This document shows positions 18,769 through 28,047 of a DNA stretch of 64,000 nt, piece by piece. The notes beneath the pieces are model-generated. The model ran no database searches. It was not told the origin of the DNA and saw nothing but the letters and a program-made list of their open reading frames with translations. The position numbers and the translations under genes were made by a program. The stretch's first letter is position 1; the number at the start of each line of letters is the position of its first letter. Source of the stretch: Candidatus Levyibacteriota bacterium. GTDB lineage: Bacteria > Patescibacteriota > Microgenomatia > Levybacterales > UBA12049. Location of the stretch: NCBI GenBank assembly GCA_029260965.1, contig JAJDCG010000001.1, positions 20,803 through 84,802 on the forward strand, read 5' to 3'.

Positions 18769-18841
18769 TGGGCCAGGGAGGACTCGAACCTCCGACATGG
18801 AGTGTATAAGACGCCCGTTCTAGCCGCTGAACTACTGGCCC
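18769..18841 (-). tRNA. tRNA-Ile(TAT)
   Basis: GGGCCAG/CTGGCCC acceptor, anticodon loop CT-TAT-AC, GGTTCGAGTCC T-arm. Confidence 0.88.
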
Positions 18842-18886
18842 CCATGTGTAGTGAAGTATACCAAAGTCTTTAAGGATAAGAAAGTA

Positions 18887-21280
18887 CTAGAGGCGTGAAC
18901 GCTTACCTATTTCCGACTCCACTACGTCAACAGCTTTGCCATATTTTAAACGTGAAAGCTCTTTTACAAGCTCGGCAACTCGTGAATTCTCGAGTACTTT
19001 TTCTTTCGAGATATCCTTTGTCGTATCAAGAGAAAATGGTGTCACTGGCTCACCCTGAACAATAGTCCGCATATAAGCATTATATTTGTCTACATTTATC
19101 AAATCATTCTCATTGAATGTAGGCTGGAATTCGTGCTGAAGATAATTTGCATCCGTCACACCAACACGGAATGAGGCAATCGTACCTACATTTCCAAAAA
19201 TAGCATTTTTGATCTCCTCCTCCATTTGTCCAATAAACTGATTAGCAACGATCAAATTCAAACGATATTTACGTGCCTCAGAAAGAATTTGCGCAAAATC
19301 AGGCGTTGCAAAATTCTGAAACTCATCAACATAAAGAAAAAAATCTTTTCGCTTTTCCATATCCATATCTTGCCTGCTCATTGCAGCAACCAAAATACGT
19401 GGAACGAGAATAAGACCAAGAAAGTTTGAGTTTTCCTCACCTATCTTTCCTTTTGACAGATTTATAAGAAGTATTTTTTGGGTATCCATCACGTCCCTGA
19501 AATTGAATGAACTCTTTGACTGACCAATTATATTACGTATCATTTTGTTGGTAACAAAACGACCAAATTTTGACGTAATGTAATCAAGAACTTCTGATTT
19601 ATGAAAATCAGAAGTCTGGGCAATCTGATCAGTCCAATACCTTCTAATAATCGGGTCATCGACCTTGGGTAACAATTCCTGCACATATGATTGATCTGTC
19701 AAAACACGCACAACTTCTATAAAAGTCGAACCCTCCTCTGACATAACTGTTAACATCGCATTTCGCACCGCATGCTCAAAACGAGGCCCGACAATACCAG
19801 TCTTATTTGGATCAAACAGCTTGTACATCAAGCCAATTATTGAGTTTGCCATGAAATGTTTTTGCTGCTCAGTTGACGCTTCCAGCATATTTACTCCAAG
19901 TGGTCTGTCTGTATCTGATGGATCAAAAAGTATGACATCTTCTGCTCTATTTGGAGGGATTACTTTGAGTAAATCCTCAATAAGATCACCATGGGGATCT
20001 ATAACTGCCAAGCCTTCACCAGCATTAATATCTTGCATGATCATTGTTTTTAAAAATTCAGATTTTCCAGTACCAGTCTTACCGATGATATACATATGTC
20101 TTTGTCTGTCATATTTTTCAATATGAACAGGACGAGTTATGCCACGAAATGTGCTTTTACCCAGATACAGACCTGTTGTTGGTATTTTTGAAGGCGCTGG
20201 AGCACGCTTGGCGTTGAGCCAATGAATACCTGGAGTTGTAATAGATTTGTTGGGAAAATGAAAAATAGTAGCCAGCTCCTCACTAGTCATTATTGACACT
20301 TGTCCCCAGAGAGGAAAATAACGATATATAAAATCATTCATAAACCAACCCTTCATGAGATGCGTGTTTTTCTTGAATGAATTAATACCTGATGAATACT
20401 GGGTAAACGCTCCTTTTATATTTGAAAGATGGTCCTTGGCTGCCTCGGTTGTCTTTGCTGAAACAACTATCCTAACTACTGTTTCAAATCCTGGTTTTGT
20501 TAGCTTATTTTCAATTCCCTCAAGCTCCTTGCTGTCTGCTTTGTAAGATGCCTTCTCAGGATTTGCTTCATTTTTCTTTGTTGCTCCGATATATGAACGC
20601 CCTTGCTTTTTCCATTCATTCCCAGCAGGCGAGACAAGAATCTGAATCACTGCTCCCTCACCTTCACCCATCTTAGCTAAAATCGACGTTACAGATGAAA
20701 GAGGATCAACGGGTAATTCTTTATAAATCTTTATAGGCATGTATTCTGCTGTTCTCAGTTTCAAAGATGTAAATTCAACCTTTCCATCTTCAGAAAAGAT
20801 ATTGTATTCTGAGCCGATCACAGTTCCTTTTGTCTGTTTTGCTGACGGATCATCAACCATTGTTATCTCTGCCTCTGGATATGCTCCATTTATCTGCTTC
20901 TCAACAAAATCTCTAATCTTTTTCGAAACATGAATATAAAACCTGATGTCTCCTGGAAGACCAACTATTTCAAATGCTATATGAGGTTGAGATTTGAAAA
21001 AAACAAGCTTATCCGAATACTTGGTAACACGAAGCGCTGAAAGTGCGGCAAACATTTGTTCTGCTGCATCTATTTTGGTCTCATTATTTTTGGGAACTGC
21101 CACCTGCAGAAGAACTGAAGAAAGAGATTCCTCTTCACGCTTTCTATATCGGATCCAAAGCAAGATAATGTGATAAATGGCGATTATTAAAATAATCCCA
21201 AATCCTGTTGCAAGTATGAATACTGAGATTGTCATAACCATACTTCCTGAGTCTGATGATGCCTGATTTATAAAATCCAT
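18887..21280 (-). CDS. VirD4/TrwB-like T4SS coupling ATPase
   Basis: N-terminal TM, HMYIIGKTGTGKS, IDPHGD, LYVDEFQNF, SEARKY, ANQ. Confidence 0.88.
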   Translation of the reverse strand: MDFINQASSDSGSMVMTISVFILATGFGIILIIAIYHIILLWIRYRKREEESLSSVLLQVAVPKNNETKIDAAEQMFAALSALRVTKYSDKLVFFKSQPHIAFEIVGLPGDIRFYIHVSKKIRDFVEKQINGAYPEAEITMVDDPSAKQTKGTVIGSEYNIFSEDGKVEFTSLKLRTAEYMPIKIYKELPVDPLSSVTSILAKMGEGEGAVIQILVSPAGNEWKKQGRSYIGATKKNEANPEKASYKADSKELEGIENKLTKPGFETVVRIVVSAKTTEAAKDHLSNIKGAFTQYSSGINSFKKNTHLMKGWFMNDFIYRYFPLWGQVSIMTSEELATIFHFPNKSITTPGIHWLNAKRAPAPSKIPTTGLYLGKSTFRGITRPVHIEKYDRQRHMYIIGKTGTGKSEFLKTMIMQDINAGEGLAVIDPHGDLIEDLLKVIPPNRAEDVILFDPSDTDRPLGVNMLEASTEQQKHFMANSIIGLMYKLFDPNKTGIVGPRFEHAVRNAMLTVMSEEGSTFIEVVRVLTDQSYVQELLPKVDDPIIRRYWTDQIAQTSDFHKSEVLDYITSKFGRFVTNKMIRNIIGQSKSSFNFRDVMDTQKILLINLSKGKIGEENSNFLGLILVPRILVAAMSRQDMDMEKRKDFFLYVDEFQNFATPDFAQILSEARKYRLNLIVANQFIGQMEEEIKNAIFGNVGTIASFRVGVTDANYLQHEFQPTFNENDLINVDKYNAYMRTIVQGEPVTPFSLDTTKDISKEKVLENSRVAELVKELSRLKYGKAVDVVESEIGKRSRL

Positions 21281-21282
21281 AA

Positions 21283-21768
21283 TTATTCCCCTCCTTTACT
21301 ACCATTCAAAAAAAGTATTTTTTTCCATTGTCTGATGATCTCTTTTGCTCTCCATTTAAGAGATGTTTTGATGCTAGATTTTTTTTCAACTGCAATTGCC
21401 TCAGGGAGGCTTACATTACTACCTGTTACGCTTAAAATTGGTTGACTTTGATTATTTGCATGAACTATGCCCGCATCCTGTGCTTCTCTATCAAGATCCG
21501 GCTTCTCCACATCAGGTGTAGGCGAAATAAACTCTCTCAACTCAGCTGAAATCTCAGGTGCGTGTTCTGTAGGGTCAGCTGGCCTTATATCAGACTTTGA
21601 CTCCAAAGCTTCTGCCGCTACATTTTGTGGCGGAAGTGGGGCATGCTCTTTAGCAGGACCTGATACTGGATTCTCCGGCTCTTCTATTGGTTTTTGGAGC
21701 TGGATCTCTTCGTTTTTTTTAACATCGTCTGATTGCTGATTGCTGATTGCTTGTTGGCTATTATCCAT
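21283..21768 (-). CDS. Hypothetical acidic/Pro-rich protein preceding the VirD4-like gene
   Basis: Co-oriented, 2-nt gap; its 3' end supplies AAAGGAGG for the next gene. Confidence 0.7.
   Translation of the reverse strand: MDNSQQAISNQQSDDVKKNEEIQLQKPIEEPENPVSGPAKEHAPLPPQNVAAEALESKSDIRPADPTEHAPEISAELREFISPTPDVEKPDLDREAQDAGIVHANNQSQPILSVTGSNVSLPEAIAVEKKSSIKTSLKWRAKEIIRQWKKILFLNGSKGGE
21729..21749. repeat. Perfect heptamer tract (CTGATTG)3
   Basis: Read directly, 19 nt into ORF 21283..21768. Confidence 0.9.
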
Positions 21769-21845
21769 ACAAATATATTATCACTATTAAAGGGAGTGAG
21801 CAATTAAAAAAGCCTTATAAAATGATTACAAAAGAGAAACTAGTA

Positions 21846-22001
21846 TCAATCTGGTATCCATCCACAGAGAGGACATGAGGTTATTTCTTTTTTATAAACT
21901 TTTAATGTTTCCTCATCTGATGCTATCCATCCACAACTTTTGCAAATAATCTTGTAGCAGACTTCACAATCTTGATTTATATCTTGTGCATTATTATGCA
22001 T
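21846..22001 (-). CDS. Unannotated 51-aa Cys-rich microprotein (three CxxC)
   Basis: MHNNAQDINQDCEVCYKIICKSCGWIASDEETLKVYKKEITSCPLCGWIPD; fills an otherwise empty gap. Confidence 0.75.
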   Translation of the reverse strand: MHNNAQDINQDCEVCYKIICKSCGWIASDEETLKVYKKEITSCPLCGWIPD

Positions 22002-22037
22002 ATTTCATAGCTAGAAAAATAACGATAAGGATTTTGC

Positions 22038-22589
22038 TTATCTCTTTTTCCAGATTGTTTCTTTCACACCATCTGTATGATTCACAAAACGCGCCATTGT
22101 AAATAGCAAATCCGACAAGCGGTTAAGATACTTGACGATATTTTGATCCACCTCTTCTTTTTCCATAAGTGCAATAAGCATGCGCTCAGTACGCCGTGAG
22201 ATGGTGCGCGAGACATGAATCGCAGCTCCTGCGACTGATCCACCAGGTAGAATAAACTGCTTAAGCTCTGGGAGTTTTGCAGTCATATGGTCAATCAATT
22301 TCTCAAATTCGCCAGGTCTCTTATCAAGCCCTGTTACTGGCAGTGGATATGGATGAGCAAGCGCCGATCCTATCTCGAGGAGATCATGTTGAATTCTTTC
22401 CAATTCTTTTCCAATATCTATACTTAATACCTTTTGTCTATTACCTAATACTGCCAAGACTGTCCCTATCGCGCTATTGAGTTCATCAACTGTTCCATAA
22501 GTCTCAACTCTAATATTGGATTTTGAGACACGCGTCCCATCAAAAAGTGAAGTCTTCCCCTTATCTCCTGTTCGTGTGTAAATAGCCAT
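22038..22589 (-). CDS. pduO: Cob(I)alamin adenosyltransferase, PduO type
   Basis: IYTRTGDKG, YGTVDELNS, FILPGG, YLNRLSDLLF. Confidence 0.95.
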   Translation of the reverse strand: MAIYTRTGDKGKTSLFDGTRVSKSNIRVETYGTVDELNSAIGTVLAVLGNRQKVLSIDIGKELERIQHDLLEIGSALAHPYPLPVTGLDKRPGEFEKLIDHMTAKLPELKQFILPGGSVAGAAIHVSRTISRRTERMLIALMEKEEVDQNIVKYLNRLSDLLFTMARFVNHTDGVKETIWKKR

Positions 22590-25025
22590 TTAACATGCAG
22601 AATATCCACATCCGTAGCATTTGCGGCAACCCTCTTCATATGCAAGGGTTCCAGATCCACATTCAGGACAAATATCAAATAATGATGTTGACCCACCAGA
22701 CGACTGCGTCTGAACCGAACCAGTTTCAGAAAGAGCCAGCTGAGCCGCAACCATTTCTACTTCTTCTTTTGGCGTCTCCACTTTTACATGACCATTTGAA
22801 GCACTATTGACAACCGCATCCATTTCTTTTTTAATCGACTCGATTGCTTGACGATCCTCAACTTTTCCGTTTACTCTGAAATTGTAGTGTTTTGCAAGAA
22901 TCTTCGATATCGCATCCGGAAGCGAACGAACTCTGTTCTCGCCAAATCCGATACTCCTGGACCCGCCAATTCCTGCAAGTTCTGATATAATCTCACGAAC
23001 TCTCTCTCTCGCTGGAACAGTGCTGTGAATCCTAAGCACAAATGAAATCATACGTCCAAGCGCATCAGCAAGCGCCATCAGATCAGATCCTGATTTACCA
23101 TGGTTTATAAAAACCTCAAACAAATTATCTTTTTCATCATGATTTAACGTCACATAGAGTTTTCCTGATGGGCTATCTGATTTATAAGTAAGTCCCTGAA
23201 GCATGGTTGGACGTGGCATACGTGGTGTTACGGGAACCACCTCTTTTTTGGGTTCTTCTTTTTTAGCCTGTCCTGAACTTGCCGAAGAATCAATACGCTC
23301 CAACACTCCCTGGCGTGAACCATCCCTCATGTAGGTAACACCCTTGAGTCCCAAATCATATGCAGCCATATAAAGATTTTTTACATCATCAACTGTATGC
23401 GAGTTAGGAGCATTAACTGTTTTTGAGATTGATGAATCAATGTACCCCTGTGCAATACCCTGAACCCTAGCATGCTCCAAAGGTGTCAGGTCATTTGCGC
23501 TCACAAAATAATCTGGTTTTTCTGCCTCTGGATTATCTTTTAGCCACTGATCATAAAGTGGATGATACATAGTCTCCTCCCCACCTCTCCAGCGCCTTTT
23601 GAAACTAAACTCATAAACAGGCTCAATTCCTGATGTTACACCTGCAACCAAACCTGTTGTACCAGTTGGCGCTATTGTCAAAAGAACTGCATTTCTTATC
23701 CCTTGTTTTTCTATTTTGTCACGAAGTTTTTTGGGAAGAGCTTTGATGTGATATCCCTTAAGATATTTTTTCTTATCAAAGAGAGGAAATGCGCCTTTTT
23801 CTTTCGCTAGATCCGCACTGGCATCATACGCACTATCACGCAGAGTCTGAAAAATTTTCTCTATCACAGGAAGAGACTCATCTGCCCCATATCGTAGCTT
23901 CATTTTAATTAAAGCGTCTCCAAGCCCCATGATCCCCAGTCCTGTTCTACGTATTTCTTTTGAACATTTTTCGTTTTCTTTGAAAAAATAATATGTTTGA
24001 TCAATCACATTATCAAGAAGTCTCATCGCGACCTTGGTATCTTTACCAAAGTTTTTGAAATCAAACTCTCCCGCATCATCAACATACGCTGCCAAATTCA
24101 TGGCTCCTAAATTACACACAGCCCATGCACCAAGAGGCTGCTCGCCACATGGGTTGGTCGCAACCAGTCTTTCAAAATACCATGTATTTGATCTTTTATT
24201 GGAGCGCTCCAGAAAATGCAGGCCAGGTTCTGCTGACCTCCAAGCAGCTGTGCAAATAAGATCCCAGAGCTTTCTAGCTTTAACGGTCTTGTGAACAATA
24301 ATTTTGCCACCCATTTCTTTCCATTTATCAATCTCCCCATCCCAATGGGTATCGTATTTCGGATCTGTGAGATCTGGATAAACAAGATCCCAATCAGCAT
24401 CTTTTTTAACCGCCTCCATAAATTTATCAGATACACAAACCGATAAATTGGCGCCATTTATCTTGGTCAAATCTTCTTTTACAGTTATAAATTCCTCAAC
24501 ATCTGGATGCCAATCCCAAAGCATAAGCATGGTCGCACCACGTCTGGAACCACCCTGCTGGACAATATCATGAGTTGCGACGGAAAAAAGCGTAGCCCAG
24601 TTAACAGGACCGCTGGATGTACCATTCACCTTTTTAACACGTGCGCCTTTGGGCCTCAGCGATGAGAGGTTTAACCCCACTCCACCTGATCTCGCCTGAA
24701 TCTCAACCAGTTGACCAAGAGCCTTAAGTATGCCTTCACGTGAATCTTTTGGACTGGGAATAACAAAACAATTAAAATAAGTTACTTGATATCCTGTGCC
24801 AGCACCTGAAAGGATACGACCTGCGGGTACAAATTTGAAATCATCCATGACACGGTAAAACTCATTTTCCCATTTCTTTTGATCCGCCTTTTTTTCATTG
24901 GCAGCAATTCCACGAGCAACCCTCTTCCACATCTCATCAGGTGTGTGTTCAGTCGCTTCGCCTTTCTCATCTTTCAGAGAATAACGATCCATAAATACTT
25001 TTTGTCTTACTCCATCAAGTTTCAT
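22590..25025 (-). CDS. nrdJ: Class II (adenosylcobalamin-dependent) ribonucleotide reductase
   Basis: FNCFV, QGGSRRGA, TNPCGEQPL, APTGT, C-terminal TSCPD-like domain and CPECG..EEGC..C..CGYS.C. Confidence 0.95.
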   Translation of the reverse strand: MKLDGVRQKVFMDRYSLKDEKGEATEHTPDEMWKRVARGIAANEKKADQKKWENEFYRVMDDFKFVPAGRILSGAGTGYQVTYFNCFVIPSPKDSREGILKALGQLVEIQARSGGVGLNLSSLRPKGARVKKVNGTSSGPVNWATLFSVATHDIVQQGGSRRGATMLMLWDWHPDVEEFITVKEDLTKINGANLSVCVSDKFMEAVKKDADWDLVYPDLTDPKYDTHWDGEIDKWKEMGGKIIVHKTVKARKLWDLICTAAWRSAEPGLHFLERSNKRSNTWYFERLVATNPCGEQPLGAWAVCNLGAMNLAAYVDDAGEFDFKNFGKDTKVAMRLLDNVIDQTYYFFKENEKCSKEIRRTGLGIMGLGDALIKMKLRYGADESLPVIEKIFQTLRDSAYDASADLAKEKGAFPLFDKKKYLKGYHIKALPKKLRDKIEKQGIRNAVLLTIAPTGTTGLVAGVTSGIEPVYEFSFKRRWRGGEETMYHPLYDQWLKDNPEAEKPDYFVSANDLTPLEHARVQGIAQGYIDSSISKTVNAPNSHTVDDVKNLYMAAYDLGLKGVTYMRDGSRQGVLERIDSSASSGQAKKEEPKKEVVPVTPRMPRPTMLQGLTYKSDSPSGKLYVTLNHDEKDNLFEVFINHGKSGSDLMALADALGRMISFVLRIHSTVPARERVREIISELAGIGGSRSIGFGENRVRSLPDAISKILAKHYNFRVNGKVEDRQAIESIKKEMDAVVNSASNGHVKVETPKEEVEMVAAQLALSETGSVQTQSSGGSTSLFDICPECGSGTLAYEEGCRKCYGCGYSAC
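23266..23291 (+). repeat. Short palindromic-type element TCCTGAAC-N6-AAGAA in the nrdJ linker
   Basis: gcctgtcctgaacttgccgaagaatc; encodes DSSASSGQA. Confidence 0.6.
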
Positions 25026-25501
25026 AATGTTTTTGTTGTAATTGTTTTTATTTTTGGTGTCAAAGTTTTTACTTCTTTTTCAAAATCTTCAATATCTACA
25101 AACCTCTTAAATACACTAGCAAATCTGATATATGCTACTTTATCAAGCGTCTTCAATTTTTTAGCAACCATCTCACCGATTATTTTACTGTCAACCTCAA
25201 GTGTATCCATTCCCAAAAGTGATCGTGTTATTTCAGAAACAGTCTTTTCCACTTCTTCTGCTGGAACAGTTGTCTTCTCACAAGCCCTTATCACACCACT
25301 TTTGAGCTTCTCACGACTGAACTGCTCTCTCTTGCCATCTTTCTTTATAACTGCAAGCGTGACATTCTCTACTCTCTCATAGGTCGTGAACCTTTTCTCA
25401 CAGTTGAGACAAGACCTTCTTCTTCTTATAGAGTCAAGATCAGAACTCTCACGAGTTTCAACCACTTCAGAATTCTTGGTACCGCAGTAAGGACAATGCA
25501 T
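25022..25501 (-). CDS. nrdR: Transcriptional repressor NrdR
   Basis: MHCPYC..IRRRRSC..C..RFTTYE, ATP cone, AYIRFASV. Confidence 0.97.
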   Translation of the reverse strand: MHCPYCGTKNSEVVETRESSDLDSIRRRRSCLNCEKRFTTYERVENVTLAVIKKDGKREQFSREKLKSGVIRACEKTTVPAEEVEKTVSEITRSLLGMDTLEVDSKIIGEMVAKKLKTLDKVAYIRFASVFKRFVDIEDFEKEVKTLTPKIKTITTKTL

Positions 25502-25569
25502 AATCAATTTAAAGTCTAGAATTAGAATTCAGAATTGACTATTACTTGAAAGTCGAACTTCTGAAATTA

Positions 25570-25618
25570 CGTTATCTAGTGCTGCAAAAATCATATTGCA
25601 CTAGATAACGGGTGTCAA
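25570..25618 (-). promoter_or_regulatory. nrdR operon promoter TTGACA-N17-TATGAT with two NrdR-box-like sites
   Basis: GCACTAGATAACG at 25598-25610 and its exact reverse complement at 25570-25582. Confidence 0.8.
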
Positions 25619-25746
25619 CTATAAAGTAATAGATCAAAATCTATCAATAGCCTCATGTGATCAAATTCTTCCCCTTATTTTCTTACACAAGAAAAAGATA
25701 GCCAAAATTACTGAATAAAAAAATATATCAAAAATCAGGTTTTACT

Positions 25747-26316
25747 CTATTTATCTTGATTTATAGATTTTGCTTTTTCACCAAGTTCAGTAATTCTCTC
25801 CTGCCCCTCCTGGAGGCTAAAATCTTTTTTATCTTTTACCATGTTCTTGATATTCAAAAACATTTGTTGATGTTTTTTATTTGCTAAAAAAAGTTTTTCT
25901 GAAAAATCATCAATATTTATACCCTGTGTTCTTGCATCACCTGCAAGAACTATTGCTTTATCAAAATAATTAAGTGCTTTGGAAAAAGTATCACGAGATA
26001 ATATATATTCCTGCTCTCCTTTTTCAGCTAAATCATAACTTGCCTGAACTCTTTTATCTGCTTGCAGGAGGCTAAATTTAGCTTTTTCCAATGGATTGGA
26101 AATAAAAAATCCAACCACATTATCTCTGACCATTTTCAAAAAATACAAAGGATGATCTGGGAGAAGTCCTGGATATGGCAGTGCATATTCTATATCCCCC
26201 TCTTTTTCTACAGGACTAGCTGAAGTTGTCGCATCTTGAGCAAAAACACTATTTACAGGACTAAAATTGAAAAGCAGAAGAAAAAATAACAATGTTGTGA
26301 TGATTTTTATTAACAT
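25747..26316 (-). CDS. Secreted helical protein (DUF5667-like)
   Basis: Signal peptide; YALPYPGLLPDHPLYFLK motif. Confidence 0.75.
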   Translation of the reverse strand: MLIKIITTLLFFLLLFNFSPVNSVFAQDATTSASPVEKEGDIEYALPYPGLLPDHPLYFLKMVRDNVVGFFISNPLEKAKFSLLQADKRVQASYDLAEKGEQEYILSRDTFSKALNYFDKAIVLAGDARTQGINIDDFSEKLFLANKKHQQMFLNIKNMVKDKKDFSLQEGQERITELGEKAKSINQDK

Positions 26317-26339
26317 AAAATAAAAGAGGCAGTGGGGGC

Positions 26340-26924
26340 TCAACCCCGATGAGAATCTATTATATCAGAGATTTTCTCTACTGCAACATCTAGCATTCCA
26401 TTGTCGTTTAAAATCACGAAATCGCAGTCTTTGGCTTGTTTCATCTCCCATGCAACAGGTGAATTATCAAAACGAGCTGCGCCATTCTCTTCTCCATCAG
26501 CCTCAATCACCCTTCTCCTAAGATCATCTATGTTTGAAACTGTCAAAAAAACAAAAACGGAGTTTGGAATAGCTGCTTTGATTTTGTCTTTGACCAGCTT
26601 TACACCTTGAGTCTCAATCTTCCAGATAAGATCTACTCCTTTTTCAAGCAGTGGCAAAAGATCGACTTTTTGAGTTCCATAAAGCTCTTTTCTGAACTCT
26701 ACATGCTCAAAAAATGCATCATTTTTTACCCTCTGCTCAAACTCATCGTGTGTCAGGAAATGATATGGTTCCCCCTCTGACTCTCCACTCCGCATCGAAC
26801 GAGTAGTTGTTGTAACGACTTTTCTAATATTGGGATTTTTTGCTATCAGCTTTTTGATAACTGCATCTTTTCCTGACCCTGTAGGACCTGTTAGAATAAG
26901 AAGTAAACCTTTTTTATCACTCAT
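26340..26924 (-). CDS. gmk: Guanylate kinase
   Basis: GPTGSGK, TTR.MR.GE..G..YHF, YGT. Confidence 0.93.
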   Translation of the reverse strand: MSDKKGLLLILTGPTGSGKDAVIKKLIAKNPNIRKVVTTTTRSMRSGESEGEPYHFLTHDEFEQRVKNDAFFEHVEFRKELYGTQKVDLLPLLEKGVDLIWKIETQGVKLVKDKIKAAIPNSVFVFLTVSNIDDLRRRVIEADGEENGAARFDNSPVAWEMKQAKDCDFVILNDNGMLDVAVEKISDIIDSHRG

Positions 26925-26926
26925 AA

Positions 26927-27997
26927 TCAGATTTGTGGGGCAGATGAAGTGTCTGAGACTTTTTGCCCAACCATTATTGCTTCCTCAACCAATCTGTTTG
27001 CATAGCCATATTCATTGTCATACCAAGCAATAACCTTGAGCATATTCCCCCCCACAACCTGCGTAAGTGAAAGATCAACTATACTTGAATGTGAATTACC
27101 AATAATATCAGACGAAACAACTGGATCCTCTGTTACTTCAAGAACACCCTTGAAAATAGGCTCTTTTGCCTTTTCAAGAAAAAGATTCTTCACTTCATCA
27201 ACTGTCACATCTCTTTTCAAAAGAAAAGTAAAATCAGATAGAGAACCTACAGGAACAGGCACACGCACTGCCATACCTGCAAAAATTCCCTGCAAAGAAG
27301 GAAAAGCCTGACCTGCTGCAATTGTAGCGCCAGTTGATGTTGGGATGATATTCTCAGCAGCTGACCTTGCCCTTCGATAGTCCTTGTGTCCCCCATCATG
27401 AATTCTTTGATCTGATGTATAACCATGAATTGTCGTCATCATGGCTTTGTCAATTCCATATGCTTCCTCAATTATTTTTGCAACAGGAGTAATACAATTA
27501 GTGGTACACGATGCGTTACTTATTATCTTCTCTCCCTTATATGCATTATCATTGACAGATATTACATAGGTTGCCATATCTTTCCCTTTGGATGGAGCCG
27601 ATAAGACAACTGATCTAGCACCAGATGTGATATGAGCTTGAGCTTTTTCAGTAGTTGTAAAATGCCCCGTTGATTCAATTACAACATCAATCCCCAAATC
27701 TCTCCATGGAAGAAGCGTAGGATCTTTTTGTGAATAAACAGGAATCTCTTGTCCCCCAACTACTAGATACCCAAGGAAGCTCTTGTCTTCAGGGTTAGGA
27801 TTTGGCTTCACACCAATCTCTTGTGGAAGAAGACCATAGACTGTGTCGTACTTGAGGAGATACATCCATCCTTTTAGATCGGTGGATGAACCTGCATTTA
27901 TAGCAACCACTTCTATATCTTCTTTGTGCCACTGTAGAATCACACGGTGTGCCATCCGCCCTATCCGACCATAACCATTTATCGCAACACGCACCAT
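26927..27997 (-). CDS. gap: Type I glyceraldehyde-3-phosphate dehydrogenase
   Basis: INGYGRIGR, SNASCTTNC, WYDNE. Confidence 0.98.
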   Translation of the reverse strand: MVRVAINGYGRIGRMAHRVILQWHKEDIEVVAINAGSSTDLKGWMYLLKYDTVYGLLPQEIGVKPNPNPEDKSFLGYLVVGGQEIPVYSQKDPTLLPWRDLGIDVVIESTGHFTTTEKAQAHITSGARSVVLSAPSKGKDMATYVISVNDNAYKGEKIISNASCTTNCITPVAKIIEEAYGIDKAMMTTIHGYTSDQRIHDGGHKDYRRARSAAENIIPTSTGATIAAGQAFPSLQGIFAGMAVRVPVPVGSLSDFTFLLKRDVTVDEVKNLFLEKAKEPIFKGVLEVTEDPVVSSDIIGNSHSSIVDLSLTQVVGGNMLKVIAWYDNEYGYANRLVEEAIMVGQKVSDTSSAPQI

Positions 27998-28047
27998 AAA
28001 TTTAGTATAGACAAGAATAAGATCTCTAGCAAGAGGGGGTTGGCATT

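Noticed and set aside
21855-21935. Direct repeat TATCCATCCACA resembling DnaA boxes
   Set aside because: Explained by the duplicated CGWI motif of the minus-strand microprotein.
22590-25025. Intein or intron in nrdJ
   Set aside because: Continuous ORF of normal length with intact NPCGEQ and no splicing motifs.
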